64,000 nt of DNA from Clostridia bacterium (GTDB taxonomy: Bacteria > Bacillota > Clostridia > TANB77 > CAG-508): contig JAAWMH010000015.1 in assembly GCA_022798335.1 (NCBI GenBank), positions 7,872 to 71,871 of the forward strand. Direction: 5' to 3'. Below the pieces are notes generated by a model. It did no database searches. It was given only the letters and a program-made list of their open reading frames with translations, and was not told the origin of the DNA. Below, piece by piece: positions 44,052 to 53,076 of this stretch. How positions within the stretch are numbered: the first letter of the stretch is position 1; each line of letters opens with the position of its first letter. The position numbers were made by a program, and so were the translations under genes.

Positions 44052-45284
44052 TTATGCATTAATGGTTGCTTTATTTTTGTTCTTTATATATTTTCCTGCC
44101 GAAATACAAGTATTTTTTAAATTTCTCATTGCTCCTAATTCTACTAATTTATTACAATAAAATCTAATGATTTTATAATTTTTATTATAATTACTACGTA
44201 GTTTTTTTAGGTCATTTTTTATAAATAAAATTTGTTTATCTTTTAAATAGTCTGTATCTTTTTTATCTTTCTCTAGTTCTTGGTAAGCTTTCCAAAATGC
44301 TTTGTAATTTTCTCTTTCTTGCGGTTTTTCCCAATAAATTTTAGTAGATAGTAATTTTACATGATATTCTTCGATTAAATTTATTAGTAATGAATATGCT
44401 TTTTCTTGCTTACGTAATATTTTAGTATCTACAATTAAGCTTCTTGCATCTTGTAATAATTTTTCATAACATTGTTCTGCTACAATAAGTGGCAAACTAT
44501 GGGTAAATAGTTTTCTACTTAAACCTAATAATAGCATACTTTTTTCAATAGTATCATTTTGATCTAATTTTCCTACTTCAAATTTTTCAAAGTTATGGTA
44601 CTCTTCTATTATATCTTGATATACTTTATTTTCTGGCTCTTGTTTCATTTTTAATGGTAAAATATTAACAATATATCCTTCTAATGAATCAAATATTTTA
44701 TGATAGATTTCATCTTTTGTACTTAGAGTTTGGTTATCTGCAAGTTTAATAGAATAATGTTTTAGTACTCCTTTGTATAAACTTTCCATTTGATGAGTAT
44801 ATAATTTTTTATATTTTTCTATTAATTGTTTTTTATTTAAACAATCTACTGTTTCATAATCTAAGGATAATAAATACATTTGCTTTTTATATTTGTACTC
44901 TAAATATTCTGTTTCTTTTAAATGTACAATTGCATAATATTGTGATAATGCATTTCTTTCGAAATCACTTGCAGTTTCTGCTTTTACTTTTTTATAAATA
45001 GAGTCCATAATATATTTATCTATTGATTCTAAATAAAGTGCATACACATCTTCAAATTTTTTGCTTACTTGTTCTTGTTTTTCTGTGTTTTGTTCTTTTT
45101 CGCTTTCTGTATATGCTTCATATGCCTTTAGTGCATTATTTCTTTTGATAGAAATTAACATACCATTAATTCCAATTTTAGTTGGTGTTAATAGTTTTGT
45201 AATTGTGCTACTAATTTTTGAGAAAAAGGTCTTCTCTTGATATACTCTCAAACTTCTTTCTTCCATAGCTTTTCTTCCTTTCAA
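44052..45284 (-). CDS. hypothetical 410-aa protein, translationally coupled to yqfD (4-nt overlap), occupying the position where phoH usually sits
   Basis: no Walker A motif, so not PhoH; K/E/Y-rich; no recognisable domain. Confidence 0.5.
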   Translation of the reverse strand: MKGRKAMEERSLRVYQEKTFFSKISSTITKLLTPTKIGINGMLISIKRNNALKAYEAYTESEKEQNTEKQEQVSKKFEDVYALYLESIDKYIMDSIYKKVKAETASDFERNALSQYYAIVHLKETEYLEYKYKKQMYLLSLDYETVDCLNKKQLIEKYKKLYTHQMESLYKGVLKHYSIKLADNQTLSTKDEIYHKIFDSLEGYIVNILPLKMKQEPENKVYQDIIEEYHNFEKFEVGKLDQNDTIEKSMLLLGLSRKLFTHSLPLIVAEQCYEKLLQDARSLIVDTKILRKQEKAYSLLINLIEEYHVKLLSTKIYWEKPQERENYKAFWKAYQELEKDKKDTDYLKDKQILFIKNDLKKLRSNYNKNYKIIRFYCNKLVELGAMRNLKNTCISAGKYIKNKNKATINA

Positions 45285-46465
45285 AATACAATTTTCTCTT
45301 TTGTCGAAATTGTTTCTAATACCTCGTAAATAACTTCAACCTCTACGCCCTGCGCTGTTTGTTTTGTATAAAACTTTTCATTTATTACACTTTGCTTTTC
45401 TTGTATTTTCTCATCTAATTTTTGTTTTGCTTCTTGAATTGCTATGTTCTTTGCTTCTTCTGCTGTGTATAAAATTTCTTGTTCTTCATACTCTTCGAAC
45501 GTTCTTTGGTGTATTTCTATTGGTAAATAAAAATCAGAAAATAGTTTCAGTTTTTTACTTGTGTCTATTGTATCATACTTTTGAAATTTTGAAAGCCTTT
45601 TTGATAAATTTATTTCAAAATTATTTATCTTTACGGAATATTTATTTTCCTTAGCTCCTGTCTTTGCTTTTTTTATTTGATTTAATGGTACTTGTGCTTT
45701 TTCGGAATACCAAACTTTTGCCTGTACCTCGCCATTTGCATGTACATAACGTGTTCCTGTATACTTTCCTTCTAACCAGCCTCCTATTAAAATACTACCT
45801 TTTGTAACAATATCTCCCTCTTTTACTACGGAAGTACCGTTTTGCGCTGATATTTTTACTATCATTGCGTCTTTTGTTGCAATAATATTACAATACTCAT
45901 CTTCTGGTATGATTTCTGGTTTTAGATTTGCTTCTACTATTTTCACTATTGCATTTGTTCCTTTTATTTCAATTCCTATCCATGCAATATCATTTCTTTC
46001 TAATCGTACTTGCTCAGTAACTTCTTTGGTTTTTATTCCTATTTTGCACTTTCCTATTTTAAAATTGTTTTCTTCTAATAGTTTTTGTATTTCTTGTGTT
46101 GGTATATTTTCATTTCCTGTAATTTCTATATTCCAAATAAAATTAGATAATAGCAAAATGCTAAGAAAAATAATAAGTGCTAAAAGGAAAAATAATTTTC
46201 GTTTTTGATAGCGATGTAATAAATGTGGAACTCCTTTTTTTTCTTGTATTTTCACTCTACACTTTGTTTTTCTAGCTATTGGCTTTAATTTTTTAAAATC
46301 GTTCATTCCTATATTTACTAACATTCTTGTGGAATGTGTTCTTTTTAAATTCCACAAAAAAATTCTTTGGTTATTACATAAATTCATAAAACGTTCTATA
46401 AAATAGCCTTCTATTTCTATTGTTACATATCCAAAAATAATACCAAATAATATTTTTAAGTACAA
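45281..46465 (-). CDS. yqfD: sporulation protein YqfD (stage IV)
   Basis: 394 aa; N-terminal region, single TM, C-terminal YqfD domain; follows yqfC as in Bacilli and Clostridia. Confidence 0.8.
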   Translation of the reverse strand: MYLKILFGIIFGYVTIEIEGYFIERFMNLCNNQRIFLWNLKRTHSTRMLVNIGMNDFKKLKPIARKTKCRVKIQEKKGVPHLLHRYQKRKLFFLLALIIFLSILLLSNFIWNIEITGNENIPTQEIQKLLEENNFKIGKCKIGIKTKEVTEQVRLERNDIAWIGIEIKGTNAIVKIVEANLKPEIIPEDEYCNIIATKDAMIVKISAQNGTSVVKEGDIVTKGSILIGGWLEGKYTGTRYVHANGEVQAKVWYSEKAQVPLNQIKKAKTGAKENKYSVKINNFEINLSKRLSKFQKYDTIDTSKKLKLFSDFYLPIEIHQRTFEEYEEQEILYTAEEAKNIAIQEAKQKLDEKIQEKQSVINEKFYTKQTAQGVEVEVIYEVLETISTKEKIVF

Positions 46466-46492
46466 AGTGGCTTTTCCTCCTTTTTCTTTTCT

Positions 46493-46789
46493 TTATTCAT
46501 CTGTAATTGCTTCAAAATCTATTCCTTCTATTTTTCCTGTAATTAGCAAATCATCTGTTGTCATTTCGTTTAGATTTAACTGAAAACCATTAATATTTAA
46601 AATTCCTATATATGTACTAATACGAATGTAAAATTCCTGATATTCTAAAATTGCCTTATAATTTTCTATTAACATTTTTTCAAACCCTATAATTGTTAAC
46701 TTAGGAATATTACTAGATACTTCTTGTGGTATTTCTAAAAGCCTATTTACCTTACTTAATGTTTTACTATTTTTCTTTTTGTTTCTCAC
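46493..46789 (-). CDS. yqfC: sporulation protein YqfC
   Basis: 98 aa; conserved ...LTIIGFEKMLIENYKAILEYQ... YqfC fold. Confidence 0.75.
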   Translation of the reverse strand: MRNKKKNSKTLSKVNRLLEIPQEVSSNIPKLTIIGFEKMLIENYKAILEYQEFYIRISTYIGILNINGFQLNLNEMTTDDLLITGKIEGIDFEAITDE

Positions 46790-46803
46790 TTACTTTTCTC
46801 CTT

Positions 46804-47622
46804 TTATCTTTGAAATTCTTCTAAACTTCTTATCTCATAGCCCATTTGTTTTATTTCTTTAATACATGCATCTAAAATATTGCTATTATCTTTTGAAGTC
46901 CCATGTAACAAAATAATTGCTCCTGGGTGAATATTATCTAATACTTTTTTCTTTCCGTATTCTTCTCTTCCTTGTTTTGCTTCTTCCCAGTCATCATATG
47001 CTAGGCTCCACATAACAGTTTGATACCCTAAAGTATTGGTATACTGAATAGTCCTTTCACTAAATTCTCCTTTAGGAGGACGTATATATTTCATTTCATA
47101 GTTAAATTTTTGATAAATTGCTGTATGCAACTCCATTACTTCTTTTTGTATTTGCTCGTTACTTAAATCTGGCATAGATTTATGGTTTACTGTATGGTTT
47201 CCTACTATATGTCCCTCTTCTATCATTTGCTTTACTAAGTCTGGTTGTGTATTTAAGAAATGTGCTGTAATAAAAAAAGTAGCCTTTACTTCATTTTGTT
47301 TTAACACCTCTAATATTTTAGGCGTATACCCTGCTTCATATCCTTCATCAAAAGTTAAATATACATATTTCTTTTCTTTGTTTCCTATTGCCATTGCTTG
47401 ATATTTGTCCATAAGCTGCTTATTTTTACTTCCTAAATCTGGTTGCTCATGATTTGTATTTCTTTTTATTCCCCATCCTATTTTTTGGTTATTTAAAGTT
47501 GTGCTACTGCTTACCTGAGCGGTTTGCTCCTGATAGTTCGATTGTATTACTGCTACAGTAAATAAAAATATAAAACTGATAGACCCTAAAATACTAATTA
47601 TTTTCATTTTGGGATTTTTCAC
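46804..47622 (-). CDS. pdaA: polysaccharide deacetylase, delta-lactam-biosynthetic PdaA-like (spore cortex)
   Basis: signal/TM then NodB domain (YLTFDEGYEAGYT, ATFFITA, HGTSKDN). Confidence 0.8.
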   Translation of the reverse strand: MKNPKMKIISILGSISFIFLFTVAVIQSNYQEQTAQVSSSTTLNNQKIGWGIKRNTNHEQPDLGSKNKQLMDKYQAMAIGNKEKKYVYLTFDEGYEAGYTPKILEVLKQNEVKATFFITAHFLNTQPDLVKQMIEEGHIVGNHTVNHKSMPDLSNEQIQKEVMELHTAIYQKFNYEMKYIRPPKGEFSERTIQYTNTLGYQTVMWSLAYDDWEEAKQGREEYGKKKVLDNIHPGAIILLHGTSKDNSNILDACIKEIKQMGYEIRSLEEFQR

Positions 47623-47790
47623 TTCTATCTCCTCTTCTTTCCATTATATTCTAGTTCATTTTATGAAAAAGTTTTTAGAATATAACAAAAAGCAAAAGAC
47701 TTTTAAAATCTTTTCTTTTTTATAATATTGTGTAAAAACTCTAATTACTTTTAGAGTTATTTTTGTACCATTTTTTTCCAAAAAATCTCT

Positions 47791-47819
47791 TGACATTCTA
47801 TATAATTTGAATTATATTT
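47791..47819 (+). promoter_or_regulatory. putative sigmaA promoter of agrA/agrC (TTGACA-17 nt-TATATT)
   Basis: consensus -35 and near-consensus -10 about 110 nt upstream of the RR start. Confidence 0.4.
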
Positions 47820-47927
47820 ATAAAGATAATTGGAAATTTCTGGGTAATATTGTAGTATTTTGTCGTTTTTATACTTATATGGCATGTCAGTTTCTAATTG
47901 CTATGATTTATACGGAGGATAAAGTTA

Positions 47928-48673
47928 TGTTAGAGTTTGTTTTATGTGATGACAACAAGAATGTACTTCTTAGATTAGAAAAAATGTTGGATTCCATTTT
48001 TATTGATAAAAATTTTAATGCTCAAGTGGCTTTAAGTACTACTAAGCCAGACGAATTGATCAATTATATTAGAAATCATTCTGTTAATGTTATTTTTTTA
48101 GACATTGATTTAAAATCAAAAGTGTCAGGTCTAGATTTAGCTAGTATGATTCGTAAAAAGGATAAAAATGTGTATATTATTTTTACAACTGCTCATTTAG
48201 AATATGGCTTAATGGCATATAAATATAAAACTTTTGACTACCTTCCTAAGCCTATTACAATAGAACGATTAGAAGATACTCTTGTAAGATTATTTGAAGA
48301 TGTTTCTGGATCACATACTAATTTTGTACGATTAGATAATAATAAAACCATTATTAAACAAGATAGTATTCAATATATTCAAAAAGACGGAATGAAGGTT
48401 ATTTTTCACACTGATACTAGAGACTATGAAACTTATAGTTCATTTAAAAAGATTTTGCCTCAGCTTCCTAGTCAATTTGTACAGTGCCATAAATCTTATA
48501 TTGTTAATTTGCAAAAGGTAACAGATATTAATACAAGTGATAGCACCATCTTCTTAAATAATAATGAAGATGTAAAATGTTATATAGGTCCTAAATATAA
48601 AAATCAATTTATGGAGGTATTTAATGATGGAAATTTTTCAAACAATTTGGACAATTCTTACAACGCAAAATGA
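47928..48673 (+). CDS. agrA: LytTR-family response regulator (AgrA-like)
   Basis: receiver domain + C-terminal LytTR DNA-binding domain; GGAGG RBS before MLEFVLCDD (upstream in-frame Met of ORF track disfavoured). Confidence 0.8.
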
Positions 48674-49982
48674 AACTTTAGTAAAGCTGCTCTATTTTCC
48701 CCTTGCATTAATTGAAACTTTGGTAAATATGTTGCTATTTACCACTATATTAAGCATTCAATCTACAAGGAAATCTAAAATTATCTATGTATTAGTTTTA
48801 GGTTCAATTGCATTTATTTGCAGATCTTTTATTCCTGACCCTTATGGTACATTTCTTAATATTATAAATATAATTCTTTTATCTAAATTTATTTTAAAAA
48901 CTACTTGGATTAAATCTTTTCTCGCAGAATTTATTGCTATTGCAAGTACTAGCATTTTGGAATTATTTATGTTGCAATTTTATTCGACAATTTTAAAAAT
49001 TCCTTACGAATCTGTTATGACGATTCCAATCTATAGAGGCTTATTTACCCTTAGTATTTATTTTTGCATCTTTTTAATTTACAAAATTGTTCATTACTTT
49101 AAATTTCATATCAGTTTAGAAAAGATGACAAAGAAAAGTAAAGTTCTATTTATGATTAATGCTTTATTAGGTATTGTAGCAATGGGTATCCAATTTTATT
49201 TACTTGCTTTTTATAGTGATAAAATGCCTGTTGGAATTACTATTATTAGTATTGTCAGCTTACTTGGTTATTTCTTTATTAGTATTTATAACATTTTAAA
49301 TACTACCAAACTAGCTACTACTTCTCAAAGTTTAGAAGAAGCACAATTACATAACAAAACTTTAGTTTTATTACATGATAGCATGAGAGGATTTAAACAT
49401 GATTTTCATAATATTGTACAAGGTATTGGTGGTTATATTGATACAAATGATATGAAAGGTTTAAAAAGATATTATTCACAATTATTAAAAGATTGTAATC
49501 GCGTCAATAATTTAACTGCACTAAATCCAGCCATTATTAATAATCCACCTATCTACAGTGTAATGGCAGATAAATATCACAAAGCTGATAAAATTGGCAT
49601 TCAAATTAATTTAGGAATTTTTATTGATTTAAATGAACTTGAAAAGCATGTAAAAATTCTTCAATTTACTAGAATTTTAGGTATTTTATTAGATAATGCT
49701 ATTGAAGCTGCTTCTGAGTGTGAAGAAAAAGTAATTCATGTAAGTTTTAGAAAAGAAGAAACTCGTCATCGCTATGTAATGGTTATTGAAAATACTTATC
49801 TTAATAAAGATATTAATTTAGACCGTATTTTTGAAAAAGATTTTTCTACGAAATCTAAGAAAACTAATAATGGATTTGGTTTGTGGGAAGTAAGACAAAT
49901 TCTAAAGAAAAATAACAACTTAAATTTATATACTACTAAAAATGATGAATATTTTATTCAACAATTTGAAATTTATTATTAA
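48624..49982 (+). CDS. agrC: AgrC-like sensor histidine kinase (6-7 TM sensor + HPK10 GHKL ATPase)
   Basis: polytopic N-terminus; C-terminal ...VIENTYLNKDINLDRIFEKDFSTKSKKTNNGFGLWEV...; GGAGGT RBS; overlaps agrA 3' end. Confidence 0.75.
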   Translation: MMEIFQTIWTILTTQNETLVKLLYFPLALIETLVNMLLFTTILSIQSTRKSKIIYVLVLGSIAFICRSFIPDPYGTFLNIINIILLSKFILKTTWIKSFLAEFIAIASTSILELFMLQFYSTILKIPYESVMTIPIYRGLFTLSIYFCIFLIYKIVHYFKFHISLEKMTKKSKVLFMINALLGIVAMGIQFYLLAFYSDKMPVGITIISIVSLLGYFFISIYNILNTTKLATTSQSLEEAQLHNKTLVLLHDSMRGFKHDFHNIVQGIGGYIDTNDMKGLKRYYSQLLKDCNRVNNLTALNPAIINNPPIYSVMADKYHKADKIGIQINLGIFIDLNELEKHVKILQFTRILGILLDNAIEAASECEEKVIHVSFRKEETRHRYVMVIENTYLNKDINLDRIFEKDFSTKSKKTNNGFGLWEVRQILKKNNNLNLYTTKNDEYFIQQFEIYY

Positions 49983-50002
49983 CTCTACTTATAAAAACAT
50001 AA

Positions 50003-50047
50003 AAGTAGAGTTCAGCTCTAAAAATAGAACTCTACTTCGTCGTTTTT
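50003..50047 (+). terminator. hairpin terminator between convergent agrC and agrD (AAGTAGAGTTC...GAACTCTACTT + T-run); second overlapping hairpin serves the minus strand
   Basis: 11-bp stem then CGTCGTTTTTATGTTTTT. Confidence 0.55.
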
Positions 50048-50095
50048 ATGTTTTTAGGAAATATTTATATTTTTCGTTTTTTATCTTTTTTGAAC

Positions 50096-50221
50096 TAATC
50101 TTTTTTTATTAATGATGCAGGCATTTTTGGTTGATGTACAAGTCCAAAAACGATGCATGCAGTATTTGTAGATTTTGCATATTTTTCAGCTACTTTAGCT
50201 AATAATTTTAACATTTGTATT
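50096..50221 (-). CDS. agrD: AgrD-type autoinducing-peptide precursor (39 aa) - not in supplied ORF track
   Basis: MLKLLAKVAEKYAKSTNTACIVFGLVHQPKMPASLIKKD: amphipathic leader, Cys-containing core (CIVFG), clostridial-type HQPKMP C-terminal processing motif; AGGAGGG RBS; immediately downstream of agrB. Confidence 0.6.
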
Positions 50222-50281
50222 CCCTCCTAATTTATTTTTTATATAATAAGCATTGCCGGCTAATGCATTATTATCCTAACA

Positions 50282-50905
50282 CTATGAGGCTACCTCATCT
50301 TGATAAACCTCATACCCATATTTATTATTTGTAATTTTATAGCTAATTGGTAAAACTGTTAAATTTTGTAATGTTATACCATAAATAAACATATAGCTAA
50401 TCATTGGCGTTGGACTAAAAAGAATAATTCCTAGCAATATTGTTAAAGAAATATAGGCTTTTATCTTTTTAACTTTTCTTTCTTTTTTACTTAAAATTGG
50501 TACATTTTCTGTATCTGCTGGAGCATATTTGCAAATTACAAAAACACTAAATGTTCCTACTAGTGCTGCTAGAATATATAAAACATACTCTTGTGAAATA
50601 GTAATATATTTTGCAAGTAAAATTGGCCCTAAATATAGCATACTAGTAGTTACCATACAGCCTAAATGTGTTTTCAAATGAAAACCTCCTGTAAAACTAC
50701 GGTAAGCTGCTAATAAAAAAAAGAACGCAATTGTATACCAGCCAACTCCTAATATAAAACCTATGATAAATAGAAGAACAATTTTAGGTAATTCTCCAAA
50801 TATAAGCCTTACTCCAAAGTCGATAACCATTTCTTTTTCTTCATCTAGAGCGTCCATATTTTGCTTTATTTTCTGCATTACAAAATCACAAAATTTATCA
50901 ATCAT
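50282..50905 (-). CDS. agrB: AgrB accessory gene regulator B (AIP-processing membrane peptidase)
   Basis: RSFTGGFHLKTHLGCMVT matches AgrB catalytic His/Cys region; 4-6 TM. Confidence 0.8.
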   Translation of the reverse strand: MIDKFCDFVMQKIKQNMDALDEEKEMVIDFGVRLIFGELPKIVLLFIIGFILGVGWYTIAFFFLLAAYRSFTGGFHLKTHLGCMVTTSMLYLGPILLAKYITISQEYVLYILAALVGTFSVFVICKYAPADTENVPILSKKERKVKKIKAYISLTILLGIILFSPTPMISYMFIYGITLQNLTVLPISYKITNNKYGYEVYQDEVAS

Positions 50906-51014
50906 TTCTTTTACCTCAAAGCTTTATGATGATATTATTTTATATGCAAAAACTTTTTTATTATAACTTCTTTTATGAAATAAAGAAAACTTCTTGCAAA
51001 AAATATCCTTATTT

Positions 51015-51044
51015 ACTTTGATATATCTAAAAATCTATTTGATA
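51015..51044 (-). promoter_or_regulatory. candidate LytTR/AgrA binding site: 9-bp direct repeats TATCAAA(T/G) spaced 12 bp upstream of agrBD
   Basis: plus strand ACTTTGATA-N12-TATTTGATA with 21-bp period, about 110-140 nt upstream of agrB start. Confidence 0.4.
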
Positions 51045-51109
51045 AAGAAATGTTGATTATAACAACTAGTATATTTATTTGTATACTATAGGTGTTTGTT
51101 TTTTCTTAA

Positions 51110-51147
51110 AAAATAAAATAGTAGCAATTTTATGCTACTATTTTATT
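51110..51147. terminator. hairpin terminator after rluA-family gene (AAAATAGTAGCA...TGCTACTATTTT)
   Basis: 12-bp stem, flanking T/A runs. Confidence 0.6.
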
Positions 51148-51842
51148 TTGTTATTTTCTAATGAAATATCTTCTAATATTTTCCAGCTTCCTATTTGTTT
51201 TGGTATAGAATAAAATGTCATTTGCTCATTTGTAATAGGATGATTTATTTTTAATTCATATGCCCAAAGTGCAATTTGCTTTCCGTGCCCTCTTCCTCCA
51301 TATTTTTGATCTCCATAAATGGTATGATTTCGGCTTGATAACTGTACTCTTATTTGATGATGCCTTCCTGTATGAAGTATTATTTTTAAAACAGAAAGGT
51401 TTATTTCTGCTTCATACTTTAAAACTTCATAATCTAAAACGGCAAGTTTGCTGTTTTTAGTTCCTTCTTTTACTACTTTGCTCATATTCTTTTTTTCATT
51501 TTTTAGTAAGTAGTCTTGCAGCGTTTCTTTATTTTGTTCCATTTTTCCATTTGCTACTACTAAATATATTTTTTGGAACTGTTTTTCTCGTACCTGCTCA
51601 CTAAGCCTTGCAGCTGCTTTAGAAGTTTTGGCAAATACCATAACACCACCTACTGGTCTATCTAGCCTATGAATTAATCCTAAATATACATTACCTGGCT
51701 TTTGATATTTTTCTTTTATATACTGTTTTACTATACTTAATAAATCAATATCTCCTGTTTTATCTGCCTGTGATGGAATATTTACTGGCTTTTCTACTAC
51801 AATAATATGATTATCTTCATATATTACATTTAATTCTTGCAT
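51138..51842 (-). CDS. RluA-family pseudouridine synthase
   Basis: HRLDRPVGGVMVFAKT catalytic Asp motif. Confidence 0.85.
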   Translation of the reverse strand: MQELNVIYEDNHIIVVEKPVNIPSQADKTGDIDLLSIVKQYIKEKYQKPGNVYLGLIHRLDRPVGGVMVFAKTSKAAARLSEQVREKQFQKIYLVVANGKMEQNKETLQDYLLKNEKKNMSKVVKEGTKNSKLAVLDYEVLKYEAEINLSVLKIILHTGRHHQIRVQLSSRNHTIYGDQKYGGRGHGKQIALWAYELKINHPITNEQMTFYSIPKQIGSWKILEDISLENNKIK

Positions 51843-51885
51843 TTTTTAGCTCCTCCTTTTTTTGCTGCATTCGTCTTTTTGCTAT

Positions 51886-52749
51886 TTAATTCTCCCATCT
51901 TCCGTAAATTCCACAAGGCAATATTAAAGAAGAATTTGTCATAGGAAGTCCTATTTCTCCTGAAGATAATTTTCCTTTATATTTTCTTTCTAAGTTTAAT
52001 CTCAAAATATTTTCAAGTACTGTACTTGAAATTCCCGTTGTATAAGAATTAATTAGAAAGAATAATGGTTTATTTGATAATACTTTGCTACATAGTTCTA
52101 CTAAGTCTGTAATATTTTCTTCAAATTTCCACACTTCACCATTTGTACCCCTTCCATAAGATGGTGGGTCCATAATAATAGCATCATAAGTATTTTGTCT
52201 TTTGATTTCTCGATTTACAAACTTAAATACATCATCTACAATAAATCGAACTGGTCTATTTTCTAGTCTAGATGCTTGCAAATTTTCTTTTGCCCAAGTT
52301 ACCATTCCTTTTGAGCTATCTACATGGCAAACAGAGGCACCTGCATAACTACATGCAACAGTTGCCCCTCCTGTATAAGCAAATAAATTAAGTACTTTTA
52401 TTTCTTTTTTACTATTTTTTATTTTTTCTATCATCCAGTCCCAATTAACAGCTTGCTCTGGAAATAACCCTGTATGTTTAAATCCCATTGGCTTTATTCT
52501 AAATGTTAAGTCTTTATAGTTTATTTTCCAAGACTCTGGCATCTTTTTTTGATATTGCCAGCTTCCTCCACCTTCTTTGCTTCTATGGTAACTAGCATTT
52601 ACACTTTTCCATTTTTCTGGAAAGCTCTTTTGTTTCCAAATAATTTGTGGGTCTGGTCTTACTAATATAACATTTCCCCATCTTTCTAGTTTTTCTCCAT
52701 TTGCCATATCTAGTATTTCATAATCTTTCCAATTGTTTGCTACATTCAT
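51886..52749 (-). CDS. class I SAM-dependent RNA methyltransferase (RlmI/RlmK-like)
   Basis: VLNLFAYTGGATVACSYAG SAM motif I and IMDPPSYG motif IV. Confidence 0.7.
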   Translation of the reverse strand: MNVANNWKDYEILDMANGEKLERWGNVILVRPDPQIIWKQKSFPEKWKSVNASYHRSKEGGGSWQYQKKMPESWKINYKDLTFRIKPMGFKHTGLFPEQAVNWDWMIEKIKNSKKEIKVLNLFAYTGGATVACSYAGASVCHVDSSKGMVTWAKENLQASRLENRPVRFIVDDVFKFVNREIKRQNTYDAIIMDPPSYGRGTNGEVWKFEENITDLVELCSKVLSNKPLFFLINSYTTGISSTVLENILRLNLERKYKGKLSSGEIGLPMTNSSLILPCGIYGRWEN

Positions 52750-52783
52750 TTTACTTTTTCAAAGCTATTTTTAGCTTCCTTCC

Positions 52784-52993
52784 TTATAACATTTCTAAAA
52801 TTTGTATAAAATTCATTAATAGTATACCATCTATTAATATAAAAGCGCAAGCAGCTACAATTCCTGCTGTTACTATTTTGTGTCTTTTTATTTTTTGACT
52901 AAAACGGTTTGTCCTATTTTTAGGCTTAAAACACCTAATTGTAGCTGGCTCATCATAACATACTTTTAAAATTAAATCTTTTGTGTACTCCAT
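52784..52993 (-). CDS. possible small membrane protein (69 aa)
   Basis: ORF with C-terminal hydrophobic helix; weak. Confidence 0.25.
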   Translation of the reverse strand: MEYTKDLILKVCYDEPATIRCFKPKNRTNRFSQKIKRHKIVTAGIVAACAFILIDGILLMNFIQILEML

Positions 52994-53076
52994 AAATAAA
53001 ATCCCCCTACTTTATATTTTTCTTTTACCAATATATGCAGGCTCATTTTATTTTATGATAAAAATCGTATACTAAA

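Noticed and set aside
45298-45307. Spo0A-box-like TTGTCGAAA near the yqfD 3' end
   Set aside because: A 7-mer expected several times by chance in 64 kb. No second box or promoter context.
47880-47897. GTCAGTTTC 9-mer upstream of agrA shared with the repeat family
   Set aside because: Single 9-mer match without the GGGAC/GTCCC half. Within chance expectation.
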